The notes: a model not told the origin generated them from the letters alone. A stretch of 28,356 nucleotides of DNA from an uncultured virus (IMG/VR IMGVR_UViG_3300032167_005167) (IMGVR_UViG_3300032167_005167), one strand, 5' to 3'; shown: positions 17,570 through 25,536, counted from the stretch's first letter. Made by a program: numbers and translations.

Positions 17570-17831
17570 GGCGGACATATTGGAGTTCTTGAACCTAGAG
17601 AATATCCTCACAGTCACTCGTGAACAACTGATAGAAGATACGGACAGCATCCTTGAGCAGATTGATCGTGGATCCGGTCCGGTGATGGTCATCGCAGAAG
17701 GAAAACCGGACTTGATGCTGTTTGCATGGGAAGACTATAAGCGGTGCTTTTCTATGATTTGCCCGCTGGATGAATTCAAGCGGCTGGAGAATATGTTCAA
17801 GGAGAACTGTGATGGAAGTCGAGATCAATGA
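17562..17831 (+). CDS. Phd/YefM-like antitoxin-fold protein
   Basis: VTREQL......ILEQI....GPVMVIAEGKPDLMLFAWEDY matches the Phd pattern (PV.IT..GKP..VL...E.Y). Confidence 0.55.
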   Translation: MGRADILEFLNLENILTVTREQLIEDTDSILEQIDRGSGPVMVIAEGKPDLMLFAWEDYKRCFSMICPLDEFKRLENMFKENCDGSRDQ

Positions 17832-18024
17832 CGAGGGGAAACTGGCTGTAGTATGGCTGAGCAAGAACGAGGGTAAAGAGATGGCACAACCAGTCATAGA
17901 TCAGTATCGAGGAAGTGGTTATAGAGTAGTTATTTTCCGATCAGGAAAAGCTGATCTAGTGCAGAGCACCGCTGCGCTCCTAAAGCACAATAAAGAGTCG
18001 CTTGCAAAAGAGGCAGTTGTTTAA
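17812..18024 (+). CDS. Small hypothetical protein (70 aa)
   Basis: ATG at 17812 with RBS AAGGAG; overlaps the upstream gene. Confidence 0.65.
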   Translation: MEVEINDEGKLAVVWLSKNEGKEMAQPVIDQYRGSGYRVVIFRSGKADLVQSTAALLKHNKESLAKEAVV

Positions 18025-18036
18025 ACTAGCGGTTCA

Positions 18037-18065
18037 ATGACATGTAGCAACATATGGACTATGAT
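18037..18065 (+). promoter_or_regulatory. Sigma-A-like promoter for the 213-aa gene and downstream RNA
   Basis: ATGACA-17-TATGAT; near-palindrome ATGTAGCAACAT covers the spacer start. Confidence 0.55.
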
Positions 18066-18096
18066 ATAGCCAGAAAGAAACGAAGGAGTGAAAGTA

Positions 18097-18738
18097 ATGA
18101 ATCTGAAAGAAGCATTCCGCTACCAGAATAAGCTGGGAGCACTGATGACCGATGCAGAGATGATCTTGGAGCGTGAACCCAATATCACTTCTGTCAAAAA
18201 CACTCATCTGCGAAAGAAAGTGTTTGAAAGCGCAGAGAATGAGACGACCGTGGACGAACCGATCACCGAGTTTGCAGGTAACATTACTGAGCTCGCCAGA
18301 TTCGTTGTTCATCTGATGCAGGAGCGTGAAAAGCTCAGCAAGGCGATTCGTGAAGCAAAACAGAAGCTGCCCATTGATATGGACAGCGAAGTGAGCCTCA
18401 ATGCAAAACGGCAAGAAATTGTCCGTGTTTATAAGCGCATGTTGGAGGTACGTAACAAAGAGGTGCTGGTATCCGGTGGTGGCACGGGGTATCGCTTTAA
18501 CCAGGAAGGGAATCAGGTTACCTATCGCTATGACATCCAAAGGGTTACTACGATCAATTTTGATCGGAAGATTGTGCGTAACATTGCTGCTGAGATGACC
18601 AGAAAAGCAGATGAAGTATCTGCTGAACTGGATCGCTGCCTGGTCAACTCCACGGTCGACTATGCGCCAACCTTTGGAGTGAACGACAGTTTTGCAGAGG
18701 TCTTTAAGGCATACCTTGGCGGCCAAGCTGACGAATAA
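18097..18738 (+). CDS. Uncharacterised helical/coiled-coil protein (213 aa) with a central beta-hairpin-like segment
   Basis: ATG at 18097 is 8 nt after AAGGAG (the ORF track starts at GTG 18088). Long amphipathic helices flank GTGYRFNQEGNQVTYRYDIQRVTTINFD. Confidence 0.85.
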   Translation: MNLKEAFRYQNKLGALMTDAEMILEREPNITSVKNTHLRKKVFESAENETTVDEPITEFAGNITELARFVVHLMQEREKLSKAIREAKQKLPIDMDSEVSLNAKRQEIVRVYKRMLEVRNKEVLVSGGGTGYRFNQEGNQVTYRYDIQRVTTINFDRKIVRNIAAEMTRKADEVSAELDRCLVNSTVDYAPTFGVNDSFAEVFKAYLGGQADE

Positions 18739-18744
18739 TCATTC

Positions 18745-19127
18745 GCTCAGCCGCTTTGGCTACGACGGGATAGGGGAATTCGGATATCGGTTCAGGTGCA
18801 GATGAACTATAAGGCTGCACATTCTCCTGATGAAATAGACGGCAGGCCAACCATAACTGGTCGTTGAAAAACAATCCCCGTTTCGTTCATCGCTTAACAA
18901 CAACCGGAATCACCCGTCATCTCGCTAATTTGTCAAATCGAACACTCATCCACACGCCTCCGTGCAAGAACGTGGCTAATCACCACAAATAATGCTTTTA
19001 TGCTTACGGGCATTCTCTGTGACAACTGTACCGGTGGAAGCTTCGATTGAAGTGACCTTAGGCACAAGGAGTCATCTCAAATGGTTGAAGTGTTCTCCGA
19101 TTCCTGTCGTACCCAAAGCGGCTGAGC
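18745..19127 (+). ncRNA. Candidate ~385-nt structured non-coding RNA closed by a long terminal stem
   Basis: The 5' arm 18745-18778 pairs with the 3' arm 19093-19127 (first 15 bp perfect, two G-U wobbles on the + strand). Internal hairpins at 18792-18830, 18991-19014 and 19047-19080; G-poor periodic core. Confidence 0.6.
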
Positions 19128-19423
19128 CAAAAATGATTCGAGCAGCAGGGCTCTTCCTGCTGCTCAAGCATGATGATATTCGATTGAGAGCTTCTCGAAA
19201 CCAGGATTTCATCCATGGGGACTTCGAGCAAAGCTCCAAGAGCGTACAGGTTGTCGACAGTGGGAAGACTCTTTCCGCGCTGCCACTTGTAAATAGCCTG
19301 AGGTTCTTCAAAGCCAAAGTAGGCTTGCAGATCTCGAACACTCATACCGCGCTGCTCACGCAGGCGCATGATGTTCTTGCCGGTTTCGACCATATCGATT
19401 ACCGGGAAAGGCTTCTGTTGCAT
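19058..19423 (-). CDS. XRE-family HTH regulator (121 aa), convergent on and overlapping the candidate RNA
   Basis: ATG at 19423 with RBS AAGGAGG; TGKNIMRLREQRGMSVRDLQ...PQAIYKWQRGKSLPTVDNL; upstream TTGATA-17-TATAAT promoter. Confidence 0.88.
   Translation of the reverse strand: MQQKPFPVIDMVETGKNIMRLREQRGMSVRDLQAYFGFEEPQAIYKWQRGKSLPTVDNLYALGALLEVPMDEILVSRSSQSNIIMLEQQEEPCCSNHFWLSRFGYDRNRRTLQPFEMTPCA
19140..19165. terminator. Perfect 10-bp hairpin (terminator or processing signal) just downstream of the candidate RNA
   Basis: GAGCAGCAGG-GCTCTT-CCTGCTGCTC; no clean U-tract on either strand. Confidence 0.5.
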
Positions 19424-19514
19424 GGCTTTCGCCTCCTTTGCAATATCGTGTCCTATCATTATATCGCCATAACAAGAAGATATCAAGACATTTTGCACCA
19501 GAGGAGGTGTTTTT

Positions 19515-19901
19515 ATGGGCTGCTGTCAGCAAAAGAACTATATAAAGTTTGAGAGCCTCTCATTTTTGTATGATCACTATGCATTTGTTGATGTCCCTCA
19601 ATACTATGCCGATCAGTTGTTCATAAAGCATGAGGTTACCGTCCGGTTTGGAAGGGAGTACAGCCATCCAGAGCATCCATTCATCGTCATCTTTTGCAAA
19701 GTAAGCAAACGCGACAAGGAACGGTTCCTGTCAGCTCTTGAAGAATTAGAGCGAAAAATGATTCTGTGCGGATATCCGCAATACAATCAGTTTTGTCAGG
19801 GCGTTTTAGGTAAGATGGGAGTAAGGTCAAATGCTGCCCAGAAAAAGGGGAGTGATCACTATGACAAGTGCGCCACTGATGAAACAGAGCAAGCGTGCTA
19901 A
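19515..19901 (+). CDS. Hypothetical protein (128 aa)
   Basis: Strong RBS GAGGAGGTG; open frame. Confidence 0.75.
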   Translation: MGCCQQKNYIKFESLSFLYDHYAFVDVPQYYADQLFIKHEVTVRFGREYSHPEHPFIVIFCKVSKRDKERFLSALEELERKMILCGYPQYNQFCQGVLGKMGVRSNAAQKKGSDHYDKCATDETEQAC

Positions 19902-20037
19902 GAAAGAATACTATGCAAGTCGTCGAGGCTCTTGGAATGGCGTAGTGCCTGTGACCAAGGTGATACCGGACAAGAGGGCGTATGATCGAAAGAGAGCAAA
20001 ACAAGCAGATCGCGGTTTCCGAAACGCAGCTGAATGA
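19861..20037 (+). CDS. Small basic hypothetical protein (58 aa)
   Basis: RBS GGGGAG before ATG 19861; Lys/Arg-rich SKRAKKEYYASRRGSWNGVVPVTKVIPDKRAYDRK. Confidence 0.6.
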   Translation: MTSAPLMKQSKRAKKEYYASRRGSWNGVVPVTKVIPDKRAYDRKRAKQADRGFRNAAE

Positions 20038-20344
20038 CTTGTTTCCAACAGAGTCGAATTGGCGCAGAGGGCGGTCTTACAGACGATCGATGAAGAAACG
20101 CGAATTCGATCGGTTGTTTAGAATTGTAACACGAAGCTATGTCCCGCATGCTGGATATGTGGACTGGTCTTACGTAGATGATCAGTGGAGGCCGACTGGT
20201 AGATACATTAAGTATCCTAAAAACAGCAAAACACAACGCTGGTGTAAGCGGACATCCTGTGCAAGGGTTAGAAAGTATAAGGAACTTCCGCACAAGGGGA
20301 ATGGATATCGCAGAGTTTTCGATTATTGGTGGACAATATACTGA
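19982..20344 (+). CDS. Basic hypothetical protein ending KGNGYRRVFDYWWTIY (start uncertain)
   Basis: Arg/Lys/aromatic-rich ORF filling the gap between neighbours; no clear RBS. Confidence 0.55.
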   Translation: MIEREQNKQIAVSETQLNDLFPTESNWRRGRSYRRSMKKREFDRLFRIVTRSYVPHAGYVDWSYVDDQWRPTGRYIKYPKNSKTQRWCKRTSCARVRKYKELPHKGNGYRRVFDYWWTIY

Positions 20345-20355
20345 GTGGAGGATAT

Positions 20356-20973
20356 ATGGATATTATCGAAAGTGCCATCATCCAAAGAGATGGTTCGCTT
20401 CCTTTACCAGCCAAAGTGGCTGAGCATCTGAAGGTGGGATTTCCGGATGAGGTCACTTTTTCCATTGAAGGTGATTCGGTGGTCATACGAAAGAAACCGA
20501 AGGAGATACCTCTGGAAATCAAACACTATTTGGATAACGGATATGATCTTCTTGCCGCTATGTATCTGGCTTCACGAAGGAAAAAGCTGGTGGATGTGAC
20601 ACCGCATTTCGACTACACGCTGACTCTAATCTATGAAAACAATGAAAAAAGAAGGTTTGACTGCAAGCCGCTTATGGCGGAAGGCGGTCTGTTTTCGCAT
20701 CTTCGAAACTATGGCAGTGTTTTTGTGAATGCAAAGGTAGAAAGCAATGCCGTATGCTGGAGCCTCGGAAAGGGCTACGACAACATTAAACTTGATGCGG
20801 ACACCTGCTATATCAGAAGCATTCCGGATGGCATACCGGATCTTACACGCGAAGAGATGTTGGAAGCAAAAATGGCTTCGCTAGGCATGGGTGTTGAACT
20901 CGAAGAGGAGGAGGCTATAGCTGGTTTTGCGGTTTCACGTCGCATATTGGGCTTGAGCAGGAGGGGAAGATGA
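20356..20973 (+). CDS. AbrB/MazE-like domain fused to a DUF2442-like domain
   Basis: N-terminal IQRDGSLPLPAKVAEHLKV...DEVTFSIEGDSVVIRK; central VDVTPHFDYTLTLIYENNEKRRFDCKPL...F..L...VCW; RBS GGAGG. Confidence 0.7.
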   Translation: MDIIESAIIQRDGSLPLPAKVAEHLKVGFPDEVTFSIEGDSVVIRKKPKEIPLEIKHYLDNGYDLLAAMYLASRRKKLVDVTPHFDYTLTLIYENNEKRRFDCKPLMAEGGLFSHLRNYGSVFVNAKVESNAVCWSLGKGYDNIKLDADTCYIRSIPDGIPDLTREEMLEAKMASLGMGVELEEEEAIAGFAVSRRILGLSRRGR

Positions 20974-21662
20974 TTTACCTTACTGGGGATACACATGGGC
21001 GTTTTGAACGAATCGAGCATTTCTGTGAGAGGATGCAGACTAGTAGAGAAGATATTCTGATCATCCTAGGTGATGCAGGGCTAAATTTCCATGCGGGAAT
21101 GCTCGATATACTCCGTAAAGAGTATCTTTCCAGACTGCCCATCACAGTTTTTTGCATTCATGGTAACCATGAGCGACGCCCAGAAAGCCTTGGAATATAC
21201 ACTGAACAGGAATGGCATGGCGGCATCGTATATGTAGAAAAGAGGTATTCAAACATCCTTTTTGCCAGAGACGGAGAGGTATATGATCTGAAGGGCAGAA
21301 AGGCCATAGCCATTGGTGGCGCTTACAGTATCGATAGAGCGAGACGTGTTGAAGGCGAAAGCTGGTGGCCAGACGAGCAGCCATCGCCAGAGATCAAAGC
21401 TAGAGTGGAAAAGAAACTTGATGACCTTGGATGGAAGGTTGACGTGGTTTTGTCACATACTACTCCGCTCAAGTATGAGCCGGTTGAGGTGTTTTTGCCA
21501 TGGGTTGATCAATCGAAGGTAGACAAATCCACGGAGCAATGGCTTGACAGCATTGAAAGCAAGCTTGAATACAGCCAATGGTACTGCGGACATTATCATA
21601 CTGAAAAGAAAATAGATCGGCTGCAGATTATGTATAATGATTACGCGGCCTTTGACGAATGA
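20970..21662 (+). CDS. Calcineurin-like metallophosphoesterase
   Basis: GDTHG, LGDAG, HGNHE, SHT and GHYH motifs. Confidence 0.9.
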   Translation: MIYLTGDTHGRFERIEHFCERMQTSREDILIILGDAGLNFHAGMLDILRKEYLSRLPITVFCIHGNHERRPESLGIYTEQEWHGGIVYVEKRYSNILFARDGEVYDLKGRKAIAIGGAYSIDRARRVEGESWWPDEQPSPEIKARVEKKLDDLGWKVDVVLSHTTPLKYEPVEVFLPWVDQSKVDKSTEQWLDSIESKLEYSQWYCGHYHTEKKIDRLQIMYNDYAAFDE

Positions 21663-21675
21663 AAAGGAAGTCTAT

Positions 21676-22131
21676 ATGAGTAAGGAAAAAAGCGAACATA
21701 AATACATGCTTCTGCTCAATGAGGACCAGGCACGACTTGTATCGAGGGCTTGCGAGTTCTATTGCAGGCTGCATATCGGTCAACTGGATGAGATTAGACA
21801 TGAGCTTCTTCTCAAAGAAACCAAAGAGAAGATAAGCGAGCGCAGCCAAGAGGCCGAAGCGCTTCTGTATCGTCTGAAGCGACTCTTTTTTCCATCTTTG
21901 CATGGGCACGGGCACTCCTATGGTGTAGGACATGATAGTTTGTCTGATCGGGCATGGAATATTTACACGGCACTCCGCTATAAAATCGCATGGTACAATC
22001 ATCCGGAAGGCGGTATTGGCGTGAATTTCGATCCGCCGATGCAGCTTTCGGATGAGCCAATTCCTCACTGTGAGAACGTCTATGTGAAGGAGAATGGTGA
22101 GTTAGTGCGTGAAAGCGAGAGACGACGGTAA
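21676..22131 (+). CDS. Hypothetical protein (151 aa)
   Basis: ATG 21676 after AAGGAAG; co-directional string. Confidence 0.7.
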   Translation: MSKEKSEHKYMLLLNEDQARLVSRACEFYCRLHIGQLDEIRHELLLKETKEKISERSQEAEALLYRLKRLFFPSLHGHGHSYGVGHDSLSDRAWNIYTALRYKIAWYNHPEGGIGVNFDPPMQLSDEPIPHCENVYVKENGELVRESERRR

Positions 22132-22381
22132 GAGAATAGATATTATTGTTTATTACCCGGGAAGCCAAGAGGATATGAACGAGCTAGCAAAGCGTGTGGG
22201 TAGCATTCATGTAGACGCTGTAATGAGTTGTGTCCGAAGGCTAAAGTGTCCACATAAACAAAAGATGGCTTTGTTAGATTCGGTGATTGAATGGCAAAAA
22301 CAGATGCTGCAAACAAGTGGATCGTCGCTGATCGGCAGAAGGGATGAAAGGGCATATGCTGAAAAGAGAAACCTTTGTTGA
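22109..22381 (+). CDS. Hypothetical protein (90 aa)
   Basis: GTG start; overlaps both neighbours; helical IIVYYP...ELAKRV..IH.DAV...LKCP..QK.ALLDSVI. Confidence 0.6.
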   Translation: MKARDDGKRIDIIVYYPGSQEDMNELAKRVGSIHVDAVMSCVRRLKCPHKQKMALLDSVIEWQKQMLQTSGSSLIGRRDERAYAEKRNLC

Positions 22382-22694
22382 TGCGATACATGCAATACAA
22401 AAGCAGGAAGAACTCACGGATCGGCTAAATGAAGTTTACACAGAGTTGACAGATGGCTGTGGTAGCCTTGTGCTGGGAAGTTTTACGGGCAATGCACTTA
22501 TCCGTACCCTTGAAGATGGTATGGATGATCAGTATGGCTATATTGCTTGGTGGCTTTATGAGGCACCGGATGGCGATAAAACTGTGATCTGGGAAGAGGA
22601 CGGGAAAGAAATTAGCGTTGATCTTTCTGATATGAATGACCTTTATGACTATCTTGTGCAAAATGCAGAAGAAGGAAGAGGAACAGCGACATGA
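22356..22694 (+). CDS. Acidic hypothetical phage-like protein
   Basis: YIAWWLYE...DLYDYL; ATGA overlap with the GNAT gene. Confidence 0.7.
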   Translation: MLKRETFVDAIHAIQKQEELTDRLNEVYTELTDGCGSLVLGSFTGNALIRTLEDGMDDQYGYIAWWLYEAPDGDKTVIWEEDGKEISVDLSDMNDLYDYLVQNAEEGRGTAT

Positions 22695-23227
22695 ATTCAG
22701 AAGCGTTATCTGCACGTCTGCTATTTAGGTCTCCAACTATAGATGATATAGATTTCATGCTTGCTCTTATCAGGAATGACGATGTGGTACGTTACATTCC
22801 CGGCATTACTACGGAAAGAGAACATATTCGTGGATGGCTGCTTGAACTCGGCAACATCAATAATGGAAATAATGAGTTTCTGATTGTTCGCAGAGATACG
22901 GGTGAGCCTATTGGTGAGTGCCGAATGACCCCTCAGGATAGGGGAGAGTCTTGGGAAATCGGGTACATGCTGATGCCGGAGTATTGGAAACAGGGGTATG
23001 GAACGGAAACAGTTCAGTGGATGATTTGCAGGGCAAGAGCCGCAGGAATTACAAAACTGACTGCCATGGTTCACGCACAGAATAAGGTTTCTGATCATCT
23101 GCTCCAGAAAATGGGTTTTATGCAGAATGCTGTTTGCTGGATGTTGGTTTATGTTAATGATAAGCTGGAAGATGTTCCAATGAACGGTTATGCTTTGGAG
23201 TTAAAAGTGGATGGGCTATGCGAGTAG
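22691..23227 (+). CDS. GNAT N-acetyltransferase (RimJ/RimL family)
   Basis: RLLFR, EIGYMLMPEYWKQGYGTE and N..S..LLQKMGF motifs. Confidence 0.9.
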   Translation: MNSEALSARLLFRSPTIDDIDFMLALIRNDDVVRYIPGITTEREHIRGWLLELGNINNGNNEFLIVRRDTGEPIGECRMTPQDRGESWEIGYMLMPEYWKQGYGTETVQWMICRARAAGITKLTAMVHAQNKVSDHLLQKMGFMQNAVCWMLVYVNDKLEDVPMNGYALELKVDGLCE

Positions 23228-23263
23228 ATAGAAGAACAATGTTGGTAGAAAAGAAATGGATAA

Positions 23264-24268
23264 GTGAGTTGTGCAACAATGGATCATTTGTTGATTGAGG
23301 AAGTAGATCGTTATCTTGAGTATTGCATAAGCAAGCAGCTGAGGCCTAAGACGATGAAAGCATATGAGCAAGGCCTTCGGTTGTTTTGCAAATGGGCATT
23401 TGATTGTCAATCGTATAAATACTGCGAAGAGATCACGGAGACAGTTATTAGACGTTATATAGTTGAGCTGCAGAAGCGAGGCAAGTATACATTCAATACT
23501 CGGGAAGACGATGAGCTTACAAATTATCCATGGAAAAGGAAAGACTTCAGAGAAACTGTCAGTAACACAACGATCAATAACTATGTCAGATACCTGCGTG
23601 CTTTCTTTCTATGGCTGGAGTATGAGGGGATTATAGAGAAAACCCCTATGCGGAGAGTACGGACCCTTCCCGATCAGAGAAAGCCCAAAGAGTATCTTGA
23701 GGATGATGAGGTTAAGCAGCTTCTTTCGGTTTTAGACAGGAATAATTATTGCGAGTATCGCGATTTGATGGTAATGCTGCTCATGCTTGACTGTGGCACA
23801 CGATTAGGAGAAACGCTTTCAATTGAAGACACGCAGCTTGACCTCGCTGAAAGAACGGTATTCTTGCCATCTGAAAAGACGAAAGGAAGAAGAGGAAGGA
23901 CTGTCTTTTTTTCGAGAAAGACTGCAGGTGAGATGAAAAAATGGCTGAGATATAAAGGGAAGAGTAGACCATCCGTATACACTTTTCCATTGAGCACTGG
24001 GGCTGAAACGATAAGCGTATCTAGCTATGAAAAGCGGTTTAGGGCATATCTGGATCGAACATCTATAACAAAGCATGTTACGCCGCATACCTTGAGAAAC
24101 AACTTTGCAAAACGTTGCTTGCTTTCGGGTATGGATATTTACACTCTGAGTCGAATATTGGGTCATTCTAGCGTAACAGTGACGGAAGAGGCTTACTTGG
24201 ATGTACGTGATATAGAGCTTAAAGGGCGGTACCAGAAGCATAGCCCGATCAAGAATATTTGGGGTTGA
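23264..24268 (+). CDS. Tyrosine recombinase/integrase (XerC/D-like)
   Basis: SAM-like N-terminus and catalytic residues R (CGTRLGE), K (KTK), HTLR, LGHS and Y (EAYL). Confidence 0.92.
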   Translation: MSCATMDHLLIEEVDRYLEYCISKQLRPKTMKAYEQGLRLFCKWAFDCQSYKYCEEITETVIRRYIVELQKRGKYTFNTREDDELTNYPWKRKDFRETVSNTTINNYVRYLRAFFLWLEYEGIIEKTPMRRVRTLPDQRKPKEYLEDDEVKQLLSVLDRNNYCEYRDLMVMLLMLDCGTRLGETLSIEDTQLDLAERTVFLPSEKTKGRRGRTVFFSRKTAGEMKKWLRYKGKSRPSVYTFPLSTGAETISVSSYEKRFRAYLDRTSITKHVTPHTLRNNFAKRCLLSGMDIYTLSRILGHSSVTVTEEAYLDVRDIELKGRYQKHSPIKNIWG

Positions 24269-24270
24269 GT

Positions 24271-24444
24271 ATGGAAAAAACTTACGGCTGGGAAGATGAT
24301 ATTGAAACAATATGGCTATGGTATATAAATAAACTGGTGTTAGCAAACGGGATCATAACACAAGATGAGTATCTAAAAATAGAAGCAGAGATTACAAAAC
24401 GCAAGGTACAGAAAGAAAATGAAGATATTTATTGCGGGATCTAG
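24271..24444 (+). CDS. Small SHOCT-like protein (57 aa)
   Basis: LANGIITQDEYLKIEAEI matches SHOCT L..G.IT.EEY...K..I; ATG lies just after the integrase stop. Confidence 0.5.
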   Translation: MEKTYGWEDDIETIWLWYINKLVLANGIITQDEYLKIEAEITKRKVQKENEDIYCGI

Positions 24445-24874
24445 GGACATTAGCACACTGGATAATTACGCGCAAACAAAACTCGACAGCATTTGCACAA
24501 AAGGTTATGATGTGCTGATTGGAGATTGCTATGGAGTGGATGCCCTTGTGCAAAGCTATCTCAGCTCGCGTAAGTATGAGAAAGTGACCGTATACGCCAG
24601 CATTAGCGTGGCACGGAATAACCTAGGGAATTGGAATGTAAGAAGGGTCCCGCCTCCAAAGGGGATATACGGATATAGGCTTTATGAGATGAAGGATATG
24701 GCAATGGCAGATGATGCTGACTTTGGGTTTATGATTTGGAATGGCAAAAGCAGAGGGACACAAAGGAATATTGAACGATTGCGTCAACAAGGCAAGAAGG
24801 TTCTTGTTCATCTGCCAGAGTATAGGCAAACATACATGGTTCATGGGAGACAAAAAACAGCTCCACAACACTGA
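24419..24874 (+). CDS. SLOG-superfamily protein (YspA/DUF2493-like)
   Basis: MKIFIAGSR, GDCYGVD and WNGKSRGT..NI motifs. Confidence 0.75.
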   Translation: MKIFIAGSRDISTLDNYAQTKLDSICTKGYDVLIGDCYGVDALVQSYLSSRKYEKVTVYASISVARNNLGNWNVRRVPPPKGIYGYRLYEMKDMAMADDADFGFMIWNGKSRGTQRNIERLRQQGKKVLVHLPEYRQTYMVHGRQKTAPQH

Positions 24875-24899
24875 TTGGTTGGGAACTGCTTGATTCTGT

Positions 24900-25115
24900 T
24901 TATTCTTCTGGATCGTCTTGAAACTCGAAGACTTCTTCGACTGTTTTTCCAAATACCTTTGCAATATCCATAGCTAGCTTCAGTGAAGGGTTATAGCGAC
25001 CGCTTTCGAGTTTAACAATCGTCTCTCTTCTCACGCCAACCATTTCCGCCAACTGAGACTGTTGGAGCTTCATATCTTTACGTAACTCGTGAATTCGGGT
25101 TTTAAGGGTTGGCAT
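24900..25115 (-). CDS. Small XRE-family HTH regulator
   Basis: RIHELRK....[31 protein letters not shown]. Confidence 0.92.
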   Translation of the reverse strand: MPTLKTRIHELRKDMKLQQSQLAEMVGVRRETIVKLESGRYNPSLKLAMDIAKVFGKTVEEVFEFQDDPEE

Positions 25116-25117
25116 GA

Positions 25118-25525
25118 TTATTCCTCCTCAACGCGTTTGAAGAAGATGCCGGTCAAGACTTCAGGTAAACCGACAAGGAAGACGAACGCGGGATAGATGA
25201 TCTTGTCCCATTCGATGAGCGGCATGGTTTCATCAGGGATGAAAATGATAATAATGGTGATGATGAGAAAAAGGATACGAGTCAAATCCAGAGACATGGA
25301 TTTTGCCCAGCGTAGATTATCTATTGCCATTTCATCGGATTTCTCAAATTTGCCAAAGATGGCAAATGCCTGACTGAGAATAGCCAGTGTCAAAAGGATG
25401 AGATAGATGATCCGACAGGGACGATTATCAAAGAGCCAGAAAAAAGCAGCGATACACCAGAGTAGTCCATTGATGGTTTCTCTAAATGCGATCTGAGTAC
25501 CATACTTGAAAGGTCTGTTTTTCAT
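25118..25525 (-). CDS. Membrane protein with about four TM helices, co-transcribed with the XRE gene
   Basis: Four hydrophobic segments; RBS GGAGG; KSDEMA..NL..AK motif. Confidence 0.8.
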   Translation of the reverse strand: MKNRPFKYGTQIAFRETINGLLWCIAAFFWLFDNRPCRIIYLILLTLAILSQAFAIFGKFEKSDEMAIDNLRWAKSMSLDLTRILFLIITIIIIFIPDETMPLIEWDKIIYPAFVFLVGLPEVLTGIFFKRVEEE

Positions 25526-25536
25526 ATCGTACCTCC

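Noticed and set aside
18034..18726. 230-aa minus-strand ORF
   Set aside because: Antisense shadow of the 213-aa gene, which has the promoter and RBS.
18745..19127. Retron msr-msd or MITE as the explanation for the long inverted repeat
   Set aside because: No reverse transcriptase is encoded in the window. There is no flanking target-site duplication or second copy, and the strand-specific G-U pairs favour an RNA helix.
18992..19552. 186-aa plus-strand ORF crossing the candidate RNA
   Set aside because: No RBS and no recognisable motifs; it is mostly antisense to the XRE gene.
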